A DNA stretch of 52,361 bases, taken from a virus (lineage: Duplodnaviria; Caudoviricetes). Shown here piece after piece: positions 10,301-22,300 of the stretch. A model generated the notes under the pieces. That model did not search any database. It was not told the origin of the DNA and worked only from the letters and a program-made list of their open reading frames with translations. The translations under genes were made by a program, and so were the position numbers. The stretch is taken from positions 1 through 52,361 of the IMG/VR virus record IMGVR_UViG_3300046004_001366; one strand, given 5' to 3'. Position 1 is the stretch's first letter; each line of letters opens with the position of its first letter.

Positions 10301-13300
10301 GGTTCCAAGCGGAATCAGCGCCGTGCAGACCAACCGCCACTTCAGCGGATTGGACAAAGCCATCGCAGGCAGCGATGCCGAGAGCACCGAGCGAATCAAT
10401 GACATTGACCTTAACCCGCAGGCGCACGCTGACCGGCTCACAGAGCTTGGCGGAACTCCTTTTGAGGCTTCAGACATCACCCGCGCCACCGATCTTGTCG
10501 GGAGCGTTGCGGGAGCCGATAGCATCCGCTCCTCTGACAAGACGCAAGCGGATTACATGGAGAGATCACGCGCAGCCATTGATGCGGGCGACCTCGACAA
10601 GGCATCCAAGCTCATGCAGATGGCATTGCAGCAGTCGCGCACGCGCTCAAGTCTGGCCGATCAGGAACTTGGACAGGCAGCACTCGCCGCCCAGCAGATC
10701 GAGCAGGCACGCGCAGGAGGCAAAACGGCGGCAGCGCAACTACGCCAACAGGCGCAAGACACTCTGGCCGCAGATCCGAAAGCGAAGAAGCAGGCGGAGA
10801 CCTTGGAAGCTCATGCCGCTGCGCTCGAAACCGTGGCTGACCGTGCGGCAGCAATCGTCAAAATTGCCCGTGGTCGTGGCGATACCCTCACAACCGCTGA
10901 AAAGAATGCTCTTGGCGATGCCGTGGTGAACGAAGGCCAAGGCATGATCATCACTGACGCAGCCCGCGAAGAGTTGGCTCAGATCGCACCCGCCGCAGCC
11001 CGTTACGTCAAGCAGACGGAAACGATGCGCCGAGAACAGCTTTCCCGAGATCAGGCACAAGCAGCAGGAGCCGCCGCACCAGTGAGCACGCCCGCCCCGG
11101 CTCCAACCGCAGCGAATCCACCTCCTGCCGCTTCGCCTGCCCGTGGGACATCCACCAATGCGGGTGGTGCGCCATCGGTTACTGGCGCAGTGACCGCCCA
11201 GGGTGCGGCAACGGCTCCGCCTGCCGGTGCCGCGCCCGCTGGTGGCAAACTGCCAAAAGACCTCGCTGGAGCCAACCCTCGCTACAACCACGGCTCAAAA
11301 GCATTTGAGGTCGAGTTTGAAAACGACATCGACAAGGCCGCATACATTGCCGCCCAAGAGAATCCTAGCAAACGAGACGCTGATTATGTCGCTTGGGCTG
11401 TGCAAGCCAGCGGCATGACTGAGGCGGAAGTTCGCGATCACGGCAAAAAGGTACGCGCCAAGCTCAAAGAGATCGGAGCAAAATCGAACTCAGGGAAGCT
11501 GAAGCTCAAAGACCAGATGCCGCAGGCTACCAATAGCCAGCCTCCGGCTAGCCAGAGTCCGGCTAAACCTGCCGCTGCCCCCGCTCCTGCCGCACAACCC
11601 GCCGCGAAGCCTGCCGTGTGGAAGGGTGTGGGTATCAGTGGCAAAACTGCCGAGATTCCAGCCGACGAAGCCGCAACTCAGGACGAGGCCGAAAAGAAGC
11701 TCATCAAGAAGCTTGGCGAGCCTCTGCGTTCAGGTGGCGTGACATCGCCCACCAAAGCCAAGGGTGCTCCAGCCGCTAAACCAACCGCTTCCGCTCCTGC
11801 CGCCGCCCCCGCCCAAACTCCCGCAGACAAGAAGCGCGACCGCCTCCGCACAGTGGGCGAGCAGATCGACGCCCTTCTTCCTTCCTACCGCGACGCCTTC
11901 ACGGGCATCGTGGAAGAGTCCGGCAAAGGTCGGCGCGCATGGCTCGACCCCAAGACCGGCGCTCTCCACCTGAACCGGCAGCAGTTCGCCGCACAGTCCG
12001 CCGACCTGGACGATGCCGCCCTCGCCGCTGAGATCGAGACAATCATCCGCCATGAGTGGATTCATGCAGGAACCGTTGCCGTGCGCAATGATGCCCAAGC
12101 CGCTGCATTCTGGACAGAACTCGGCAAAAGCAAAGCGGGCAAGGACATCCAAACTGCCGCGCTCCGCGCCTACAATGCACCATATGAGGCCAGAGGTGTC
12201 GTTCCTCCCGCGCTCACTGATGCGCAGTCGGGATACGAAGCCTACCGGATGCTTTATGAACTCGCCCGCGACGGCAAACTCTCCGAGACGACCAACATCC
12301 CCGAATCACTCGCCGCTGACATCCGCTCCTTCCTGCAAGGGCTGGTCGATTGGATGCGCGCACGTCTCGCAAAGTTGCCGAAGAAACTCCGCAGCCAGAT
12401 CGAAGCAGACATTGCCGAGATCGAGGGCGCTCTCAAGAAACTCACTCCTGCCGCTCCTGCCGCGAAGGCAAGCAAGCCCGCGCCGGTCAATGCCGCAGAT
12501 ACGCAATCGCTGACGATTGTTCGACTCAAGGACGGTCGTCTTGTGCATGTCCATGAGAAGGAACTCGCCAAGAATAGCGCACGGCTACGCATGTTCACGC
12601 CCGAGGGTGAACCGATCAAGGGGGCCGCTGGCGTGCTGGAGCGCTCTGACATCGACCTTTCTCCGATTGAGGGAGCCGCAAATAACGCCCCCGATACCGT
12701 AGATGCTGCCGCACACGAAGCCGCGACAAGCCCGAACAACGACAAAGCGCACCCAACGCCTGATGAGATCAAGGCGGGCAACTACGAGAAGGGTCACTTC
12801 ACCCTTGGCGGCATGGACATCTCCATCGAGAACCCGGCTGGAAGTGAACGCAGCGGCATCGACAAGGACGGCAAGAAGTGGACCGTCCCGATGAAGTCCC
12901 ATTACGGCTACATCAAAGGCACCGAAGGCAAGGACGGCGACCATATCGACATCTTCATCGCCGAGGGCACGCCCAAGGATTACGACGGCCCCGTATTCGT
13001 CGTGAACCAGATGCGTCCCGTGACGCTCGTTCAGTCCGACATCCGCACCGGCAAGAAAACGGAAGTGCCAGCAGGCAAGGAGTTCGATGAACACAAGGCT
13101 GTCACCGGAACCGGCATCACCACTGAGGCGGAGGCAAAGGCCGCATATCTCGCCAACTACTCGGAAGGATGGGATGGCGCAGGAAGCATTGTGTCTTTCG
13201 CGAACCTCGCAGCGTTCAAATCGTGGGCGATGGGGAAGAAGCGCGTTGGCGCACTGACGCAGAGCGCGGCAGACAGTCACTCGCGAGCCGCAAGTGCAGA

Positions 13301-16300
13301 AGCAGGAGAGGCAAAGCAAGCACCCCTCCCAGCGGAGCAGATTGCCAAGCTTACCGATGCGAACAAGCAACTCAGCCGGTGGTCGAGCAATAATAACGCC
13401 TCGGCTCGCCACCAGATCGCCATCAACAAGTATGCGAGTGGCGCATGGACATTGCAGGACACGCCTTCACCTGAAAAGACACTTGCCGACATCGAGCAGG
13501 AAACCGCAAAGGCGCGCACGGCGTGGATTGTCACTCACATGGGTTATATCAACCAGAAGAATGACGCGCTAGTGCAGGCATTGGCCGCAGATCCAAAGGT
13601 TGTCGCTATCGCAACCAATGAGAACAATGACGCCATGAACATGCGCGTCTATCTGGCGGACCGCATCAAGGCCCAAATGGTCAAGGATTTGAAGGCTAAT
13701 CTCTCGGGAGATTCCCGCTTTGGATTGTACTACGACTTCACGCAGGAACGCATCAAAAGCGCTGATTGGCTTGACCACATAGCCGAATCTTTGAAAAAGG
13801 CCATCAAGCCAGCGGTATCAAATGATACCAGCGCGCCAACCTTTGAGCGCGGCGACCGCGTGACGTGGACGAGCGGCAAGGAATCACTCTCCGGCACTAT
13901 CCGCAGCGTCTCCAGCGATGGAACGGCATCCGTGGACACCGATCAAATCTCTTTCGCTGGTGGTGTGCCCATTGGCCGCATCGAGACGGTTCAAATGAGC
14001 CGACTGAGTAAGGAGGGGGAAGCAAAGCCCGCGCCGAAACCAAAAGCCGAGCCTGCTCCAGCCCCCGCGCCCAAGGATGCTGCCGACGAAGCTCTCGCGC
14101 AGGCGTTCGAGGGTCTTTTCGCCGCAGACCGGCCTATTGTCGATCCGGTCGTTCAGGCTCTCCGTGTGCTATCGCAAAATGACGAGTTCTTCCGTTTTAG
14201 CATCGTTCCACAAGATGTGAAGTCTCTCACGGAGATTATGCAGCGCGTCGTTCCTGGCTCGACCTATAAAGGCGATGCCACGCGGAACAATGAGCCAGAC
14301 CTGACCGAAGCTTACAGCCGCCAGATGTTCGCCACCAAGAGCGGAGCGCCTTTCTTTGTCTTCCAAGGCTACCACGATGGCGAGAAAACCACATGGATTG
14401 ATGTCAGTGGACTTAAAGAGGGCGGTGGCGGATCGGCCATCTATGCAGCCGTTGGCAACTACGCATACAACAATGGACTCAAATTCATTGGCGACCCTGC
14501 TGGACTCTCGGAGGCAGCGGTCATGCGCAGGACAAGTCACCTTCTTTCGCTGGCGCTTCGCTACGGCACTACAAAGCACATCGCGCCATCCAGGGAGCAA
14601 TTAGACGGCGTGCCAGAAAAAGGTATTGCGCCCGTCCGTTGGGATGGTGATGATACGGCCAAGATTCGATCATTGATCGAGTCCTTCCTCGGCACACTCC
14701 AGAAACGCTATCCTGAAATCCTCAATGCACGCTACGACTTCGACGCTGGTCAGTTCCTCGACTCACAAGGAATGCCTATTCGCTTTGATCGTGCTAAGAA
14801 GCCAGCTATCGAAGCGGGTGACGAGAATTCTGCCGAGATGGGAATTGAGGCGCGAAAAAGCGGAGCGCGAGCGGGTGAGGCAACATTACGTCGAGGTATT
14901 TTCCTCAAGTCCCTTGTATCAGGCGAGGGCCGCGAAAGATCCGAACTTCTGGAGCAACTGGAACTCTGGAATCGTGCATATGTAACCTCGGGAAATCTGG
15001 ACGGCCTTTTCGCCGCAGACCGCCCCGTTGCTGACATCGAGCAAGCCGACCTGCCGAAAGATCGCCGAGCGGCCATGCTCAATGCGGCTGGCGCATTGAT
15101 TGACGCTGAAGTAAAGCGCCCCGATGAACTCGCCGCACGACTTGAGAAACTCGCCCCCGGTGGGCAGTTGCGCAAATACTCGCGCTCGTTCTGGCGCTTG
15201 ATGAGCGGCTTCGACTCCACACTCGCGGAGAATCCCGACTGGAACGCCATCTATGATGCCATTGACAACCCCACTACCGAGAAGGATACTTTAACAGATG
15301 AAACTCAAACCGACATTCGTCCGCAAGATTCGGAGGGGCTACCTCCAGTCGGAGGGTCGGACGGCTCCAACGGACTCGGGATTCCCGAGCCAGATCAAGC
15401 AGGCGCTTCAGGTCGGAGCGCCCAAGGTGGCGTCAATTCTGGAGAAGGAGGGGATTCTCCTCCAGTGGGCGAGTCTGATGGCGGACCAAGTTTGGGAGAT
15501 GGTAAAAAGCCGTCCAAAAGGAATCGAACCCCGCGAGGCGGAAAAGGAAGCTCTGCTGATGCTAATCCCATCGACGGAGGAGCAGCAGGGGCAGTGGATG
15601 AGCCAACACGTAGCCCAGGCCGCGAGAACTACTTCCTAAGCGACCCTGAGTCGATTGTCGGAGGTGGTCAAAAGACGCGCTTCAACAAGAACAAGCTGGC
15701 TCTCGAAACTCTCGAACTCATCCAAGAAGAGGGCCGCGACCCTACTCCCGCAGAGTTGGACATCCTCGCCGCTTATACTGGCTGGGGTTCACTCGCGCAG
15801 GAACTCTTTCAAGGCGGCACCTTCGAGCGCCACGCTGGCCCGCAGGACTGGAAAGATGAATCCATGTGGCTTCGTGAACGTCTCGGCAAAGAGGCGTGGA
15901 TGTCGGCATTCGACTCCATCCTCAATGCTCACTATACCGACCCGCCGACCGTAAAAGCCATGTGGGACATGGTACGTCGCCTTGGCTTCAAAGGTGGCCG
16001 CGCTTTGGAGCCATCCGAGGGTATTGGCAACTTTTGGGGACTCATGCCGAGAGATATGATGGCGCTGAGTATGTTGACCGGCATCGAGATGGACTCCACC
16101 ACGGCAGCGATTGCTAAGATGCTGTATCCACAGGTGAATCACCGCTTGATGCCTTACCAGCAGTCTCAGACATCAGACAACTTCTATGATCTAGTGATTG
16201 GCAACTGGCCGTTCTCCGCCAACGACAAGCCAGCAGATCCACGCTTTGACCACCTCAAGGCGACGGTTCACAATTTCTTCTTTGTGAAAGCCCTTCATCA

Positions 16301-19300
16301 GACACGCCCAGGCGGTCTGGTGATTGGTATCACGTCATCCAAGACGATGGACGGCAAAAGCTCGCTGGTGCGCAAGTATCTGGCTGCGCGTGGTGAACTC
16401 GTCGCCGCCTTCCGTTTGCCAACAGGAGCCTTCGGCAAGTACGCAGGCACCAAGGTTGTCACTGACATCATCATCCTCAAGAAGCGTGAGACTGTCCTAG
16501 AGCGCGATGCTGGGGGCGAGGGATGGATTAACACCGTTCGCGACACGGCCGGGCGCGACTTTGACATCAATGAATACTTCGTTGCCAATCCGCAGAACAT
16601 TCTTGGCGAGTTAGATTTTGGGCACGGCACCACCTTTAACCGTGAGGGCATGATCGTGAATCGGTTGCCGAATTACGAGCAAGTGCTGCCGCGCCTGTTC
16701 GAGCGCCTGCCCGAGAATGTGATGACGCCGTGGAATCCCGTCGGGCATGAGCGAATCATCAACAACACCACCAAAGAGCGCAGGCAGGGAGCCGCAGTAT
16801 TCGCCAATGACGACCTTTATGTCGTGGACGGCGAAAGCCTTGTTCCTTTGCAGGACCGCGCCAAATGGCAGACCAAGACAGGCACGGCGAAGCGTCTTGC
16901 CGAGGGTGTGTCACTCATCGCTATGCGCGACGCCTTCAACGCCGTGCTCGACGCCAACCGGCAAGGGTCGGACGGCGAGACACAGCGGAAAGCATTGCAG
17001 GAGGCTTATGCGTCCTTTGTGAAGGATCACGGCCCGCTTCACAAGTCGTTCATGCTTGGACGCTTCCGCAAGGCGGGCGACCAAAACGCCATTGACCTTC
17101 TGGCGCTTGTCGAGGTCGATGAAACGACCGGCGCGGAAAAGCCGCGCTCACTCATGCTGCGCAACACGATGCGCAGGACGCAACTCGACGCGAAGGGCAG
17201 CATCGCCGACGCCTACGCCTTGCACCGCTCCGAGACGCTCGACTTCGATGCGGCCGCAGTGGCGAAGCTGGCGGGCGACGACACCAGCCCGAACGATGTG
17301 ATCGCCTTCCTCCAAGAGAAGGGACTCGTCTTCAAAATGCCAGATGGCCGGTGGATGCCGAATGAAATCTATCTCGCGGGCAATGTCCGCCGCAAACTGC
17401 GCGAAGCCATCGCCGCCAAAGAGGACGGAGTTGAAGGCATGGACGTTAACATCGACGCACTGACGTCCATCATTCCCGAGGACATCCCGTATCACAAGAT
17501 CACCGTGCAGATGGGGGCGGCGTGGATTCCGACCTCCGACTATGAGCAGTTCATCACTGAACTACTCGGAGGCAATGCCGCCGATGTGCAGGTCGTCAAA
17601 GGCATGAGCGGCTACAATGTCCGAATCGGTGGGCGCACAGCGGACAGCCGCGACGCCCGCCAGACGTGGAACGTAGTGACTGAAGCTGGCCAATCGCTCC
17701 TTCACCCGAGCCGCATGTTCCAAGCCGCGATGAACGGCACCGAGTTAATCATCAAGCGGGAAGTTGAAGACGAGAACGGCAACAAGCGCGAGGAGGTGGA
17801 TGAGCCCGCCACCAGACGCGCTATCGCTATGCGCGACAGCATTCGTGACCGTCTCCAGATGTGGGTTTGGACGGATGAATCCCGCATTGCACGACTGACC
17901 TTGGACTACAACGAGATGAAGAACTCCGTCATCAACCCAGAGTTTGACGGCTCTCATTTACGCCTGCCGGGATTATCACTCACCTTGAGCGACAGCGGCG
18001 ACCCATTCGAGTTTCGTCAGCATCAGGTGAATGCCGTATGGCGTGGCATCCTTCAGAAGCAGGGCGTTTACGCCCATGAGGTCGGCACCGGCAAGACCTT
18101 CACTATGGCAGGCTTAGCAATTGAGGGCCGAAGACTCGGCTCACATCGCAAGCCGATCATCTTCGCTCACAACGCAAACGCCGCGAGCGTCGCCGCTGAC
18201 TTCCGTCTCGCTTACCCTGGCGCGAAGATCCTGTTCGTGGACAATCTTTCACCTTCCACCAAGGAGTTGACGCTTCGGCAGATCGCCACCGATGAATGGG
18301 ACGCCATCATTGTCCCGCACTCACTGGTGGACCGTTTCGGATTGAGGCCGGAAACTATGCGAGCGCTGGCACAACCAGAACTCGACCGCATTGAGTCTGA
18401 GTTCTGGGCAGAACTGGACGAGCTTGGCGTTGATTCCTCATCAATTGATTTGGATGACATGCGCGGCATGGGGCAAATCCTGAACCGTCTCAAAGGTTCA
18501 GCAACGGCCAAGGAACTCGCCAACGCTCGCCGCCGCATCATGACCCGCATCGAAAAGCAGGTCGCGAAATTCTCCGGCCCCGGTGTCGTGTACTTCGAGG
18601 ACATGGGTATTGATGCTGTGATTGTCGATGAGGCTCACGTCTTCAAGAAGATCAGTCTAGCGACGCGCAAGGTGATCAAGGGACTGAACAAAACCGAGTC
18701 AGGTAAAGGATTCCAACTCGGCCTGCTCACCGACTGGTTGAAAACACAGACAGGCGGCAAGGGCGTTCATCTCTTCACCGGCACACCAGTTACGAACACA
18801 CTCAATGAGGTGTTCAACATGATGCGCTTCGCGATGGATAAGGAAATGGGCGAGTCGGGCATCGACAACTTTGACGACTGGTATAACGATTATGCTGACG
18901 GATTCTCCGACACCGAGCCGACATCTGGCGGCACCTATGAAGAAGTTACCCGACTGAGGGGATTCCTCAATGTGCCAGAGCTTGCCCGCTTGGCAGGCCA
19001 AGCCTTTGATGTGGTGCGCGCCGACGAAATGCCAGAGTTCAAGCCCCGCGCTTCGCATGAGGGCATCACGGAAAAACCCATTGGACGACCGCACAAGCAG
19101 GTGCGCCCCATCGTGATTGAGCCGACATCCGTGGCGAAGCGACTCAAGGCGTGGATTCGTCAACGGTTCTTCTATTATCGCGGACTCTCTGGGCGTGAGC
19201 GCATGTTCCTGAAAAAGATGGGCGGAGATCAGCCCGTCGTCATGGATGGCGACGGTAAAGCGGGGGCGCTTGACCCGCGTTTCGTAAGCCCAACAGCCGA

Positions 19301-22300
19301 AGATGACGCAAACTCAAAAGTGAATTATGCGGTGCGTAACATCGTCGAGCACTACAACGAGCACGACCTCGCTACGCAGATGGTATTTGTAGAGCGTGGA
19401 GCAGGCGATTACACCGAGGCTGATGTTGCCGTTCGTGATGCCGAAGGGAAACCGCAATACGACAACGACGGCAACCGCGTCGAGGTCAAGGAGCGCCGGT
19501 TACAGTTCAATCTCCTGCGCGACATGGTTGAAAAGCTGGTCGCTGAAGGCGTGAAGCCGGAAGAGATCGCCGTTTTTCAAAACCTCAAACTGCTACCTCT
19601 GCCAGACGGCAAGGATGATATTCTTTTGAGAGTTCACCGTGTTAATGGGCCGGAAGACAAGGAGGAAGCGGCCAAACTGATGCGTGAGGGTAAAATCCGC
19701 ATCGCTTTTGGTGGCACCGAGACAATGGGCACAGGCGTCAACGCACAGACATGGATGCGCGCCATGCACCATCTGGACGTTCCTTACATGCCTGGAGAAC
19801 TTGAGCAGCGCAATGGACGCGGCTGGAGACAGGGCAATAAGTGGAACACCGTCTTTGAATATCGCTACACCGTTGAGGGTAGCCATGACGCGAAGATGTG
19901 GAGCACTCTGCTAAACAAGGTCCGGTTCATTGAACGGTTCATTGGGATGCTGCAAGGCAAGAACCTAAGTCGCAACTTGGAAGGCGACGGCGCAGATGCC
20001 GCCGACGACGAGGACGGCATGAGCAACGCGGACTTTGAACAGATGTTCTCGACTGCCGCAGGAGACCCGCGCCTTATCTTGCGTCTCTCCCTCGGCAAGA
20101 AGGTTGATCGCATCCAGCAGGCCAAGAACATGCATCTTCAGTTCATGGAGCAGACTCGACGCAAGAACGCCGCTATCGAGAACAATGAGATTCCGAGGTT
20201 GGAAGCTGCTGTTCGGCAGTTTGAGAAAGGCGACGAGCTTTATCAGCAGGTTGCTGGAAAACCATTCTCGGCAACTCTTCGCGGGGAAACTTATACAGAG
20301 CGCAAAGACTTCGATGAGGCTATGACACGCCTTCCGCGCTACTTGGATCGCAAAGAAATCGGCACCTACGGACCTTTCCGCATTTACATCCAACCAACAA
20401 TGGGCGGCGGTTATTACGAGCTATCAGGGCCGGATAACTTCAACGCGTCATTCATGAATCCAAGCATGGCTTCGCTTGAGGGCACGCTACGCGCCATGAA
20501 GAAAAAGGCAGAAGGCAAGGCCGAAGAAATTGCAACCCTTCAGAAGTCGCTCGTTCGAGCCAAGGATGAGATGTCGCGCCCATTCCCCAAGGAGGAGGAA
20601 CTCACCAAGGCTCAAAACGCGCTGGCAGTCATCGAGTCGGAGATTCGCATCAGCCCCTACCCGGCCCCCGGCTGGCTTCGAGTCGGAGCGCCCCAAGGCT
20701 CTCTCATGTACTTGAAGGAGAAGGGCAAATTGAACGCCTACGACGTGGAAGCGCATCGGTGGGATGAAAACAACTATTGGGCAATGATCAGCCGAGACGG
20801 CGAATTGTTCCCCATCCCCTACAATGAAATGCTGGACGCCACCGGGGCGCGCATCTTTGAAGATCACGACCACACGGCACCGCCCGAGGCTCCCCCAACA
20901 ACGGCAGACGGCCAACAAGGCTCATTCCCCGGTGTTGAAGTCGGACTCGATGCCGAGTTCGGTTATCGAACATTGATCGACCGAGTGACCGGCGAGCGCA
21001 GCATCGAGCACAAGTTCTACACGCGATACGCGACCGTCGCCGATGGCTTCTATAATGCCGCCGCAGGTGGCGGGCGACTGCCTGCCAATGCCGCCGACTA
21101 CCTTCCCAAGACTGTTGAAGAGCTTCAACGCCTGCTCGTCAGATCGGGCGCGGCGAGCGGTCTGTTCAATGGCAAAGATTGGAAGTTCCTCGCTCCCGGC
21201 GAAAGCGATGAGCTTTATAAGCCCACCGAGACATGGCGAGTATTTGCCCCTGGCGGATGGATGGTTGGCGAAGGAGCGTCCCCTCGCGAGGCATTCTTTG
21301 AGGCACGCAACCATGACCAGAACGGAGACACCTTCATGGACGCCATTCGTTATGCCGTGATGCAGTTGCCGGAATCTGAGGATGACATCAATGAACTCCT
21401 CAGAATCGCGTCCCAGCTACCCAGCGGTATTGAGTTCCAGATGATCGACCCTGGATTAGACGACCCCTTCGAGAGCGAAAACGATGATACCAACGTCTTC
21501 CGCCTCACAAGCGACGGCTACGGCATCTTAGGTAGTGGCGAAAGACGCGCATTCGCCCTTCGCGATGCGCTGACGCATGAGCGATTCGGACGCACATTCA
21601 AGGAGGCTCTCGCCATCTACAACGCGCCCCCAGCGAAAAACCCGCTGGAGCGACTTGCCGACGAATCACGCCTACTCGATACCGACCGCCGTAGCCGTGG
21701 GCTTTTCCGCCGTCGTGCCAAATTGCGCAAACTCCTCGATGTGATTGAGCGCCGACGCGCCGAGGTGGAAAGCAACGAGGACAGATACCGCAACCGTGAC
21801 GCGCAAGACGAGACGCTCCAAAGCCTCATTGCCCGCGAGAAGGCGCTGACCGAGAAACTCGCCGAGGTGGAGTCGTTCATCATTTACCGTGAGCGCACCG
21901 AGGAGCCTTTGCCTCTCGCTGCTGCGGACCGGCCAATGATGGACGCGGAGGAGTTCGCTGATGCGCTTGACGCCTTGAACTCCGACATGCCGAGCGAATC
22001 TGACCTGGACGACCTTCGCCAGCGCGCCGGTCTCGATTGGGGCCGCGAATACACAGACAGCGAGCTTGCCGGACTGTCTGGCGGTATGCGCGCAGGGATG
22101 CGGACCGCATACGATGACAAGCTTGACCGGCAGACGCACGAAGCTTGGAACGAAAAGGCTCACAAGCTCATTGATGAAGATCCTACCCGGGTGCTTGCCG
22201 ACTTGGTGAGCACGGCGACAGATCGCGGCTCCATCATCAACCCTGTTCAGGTCAAGGCATCGCAGATTCTTCTTCCGCAACTCATGCGCGAGGCAATCGC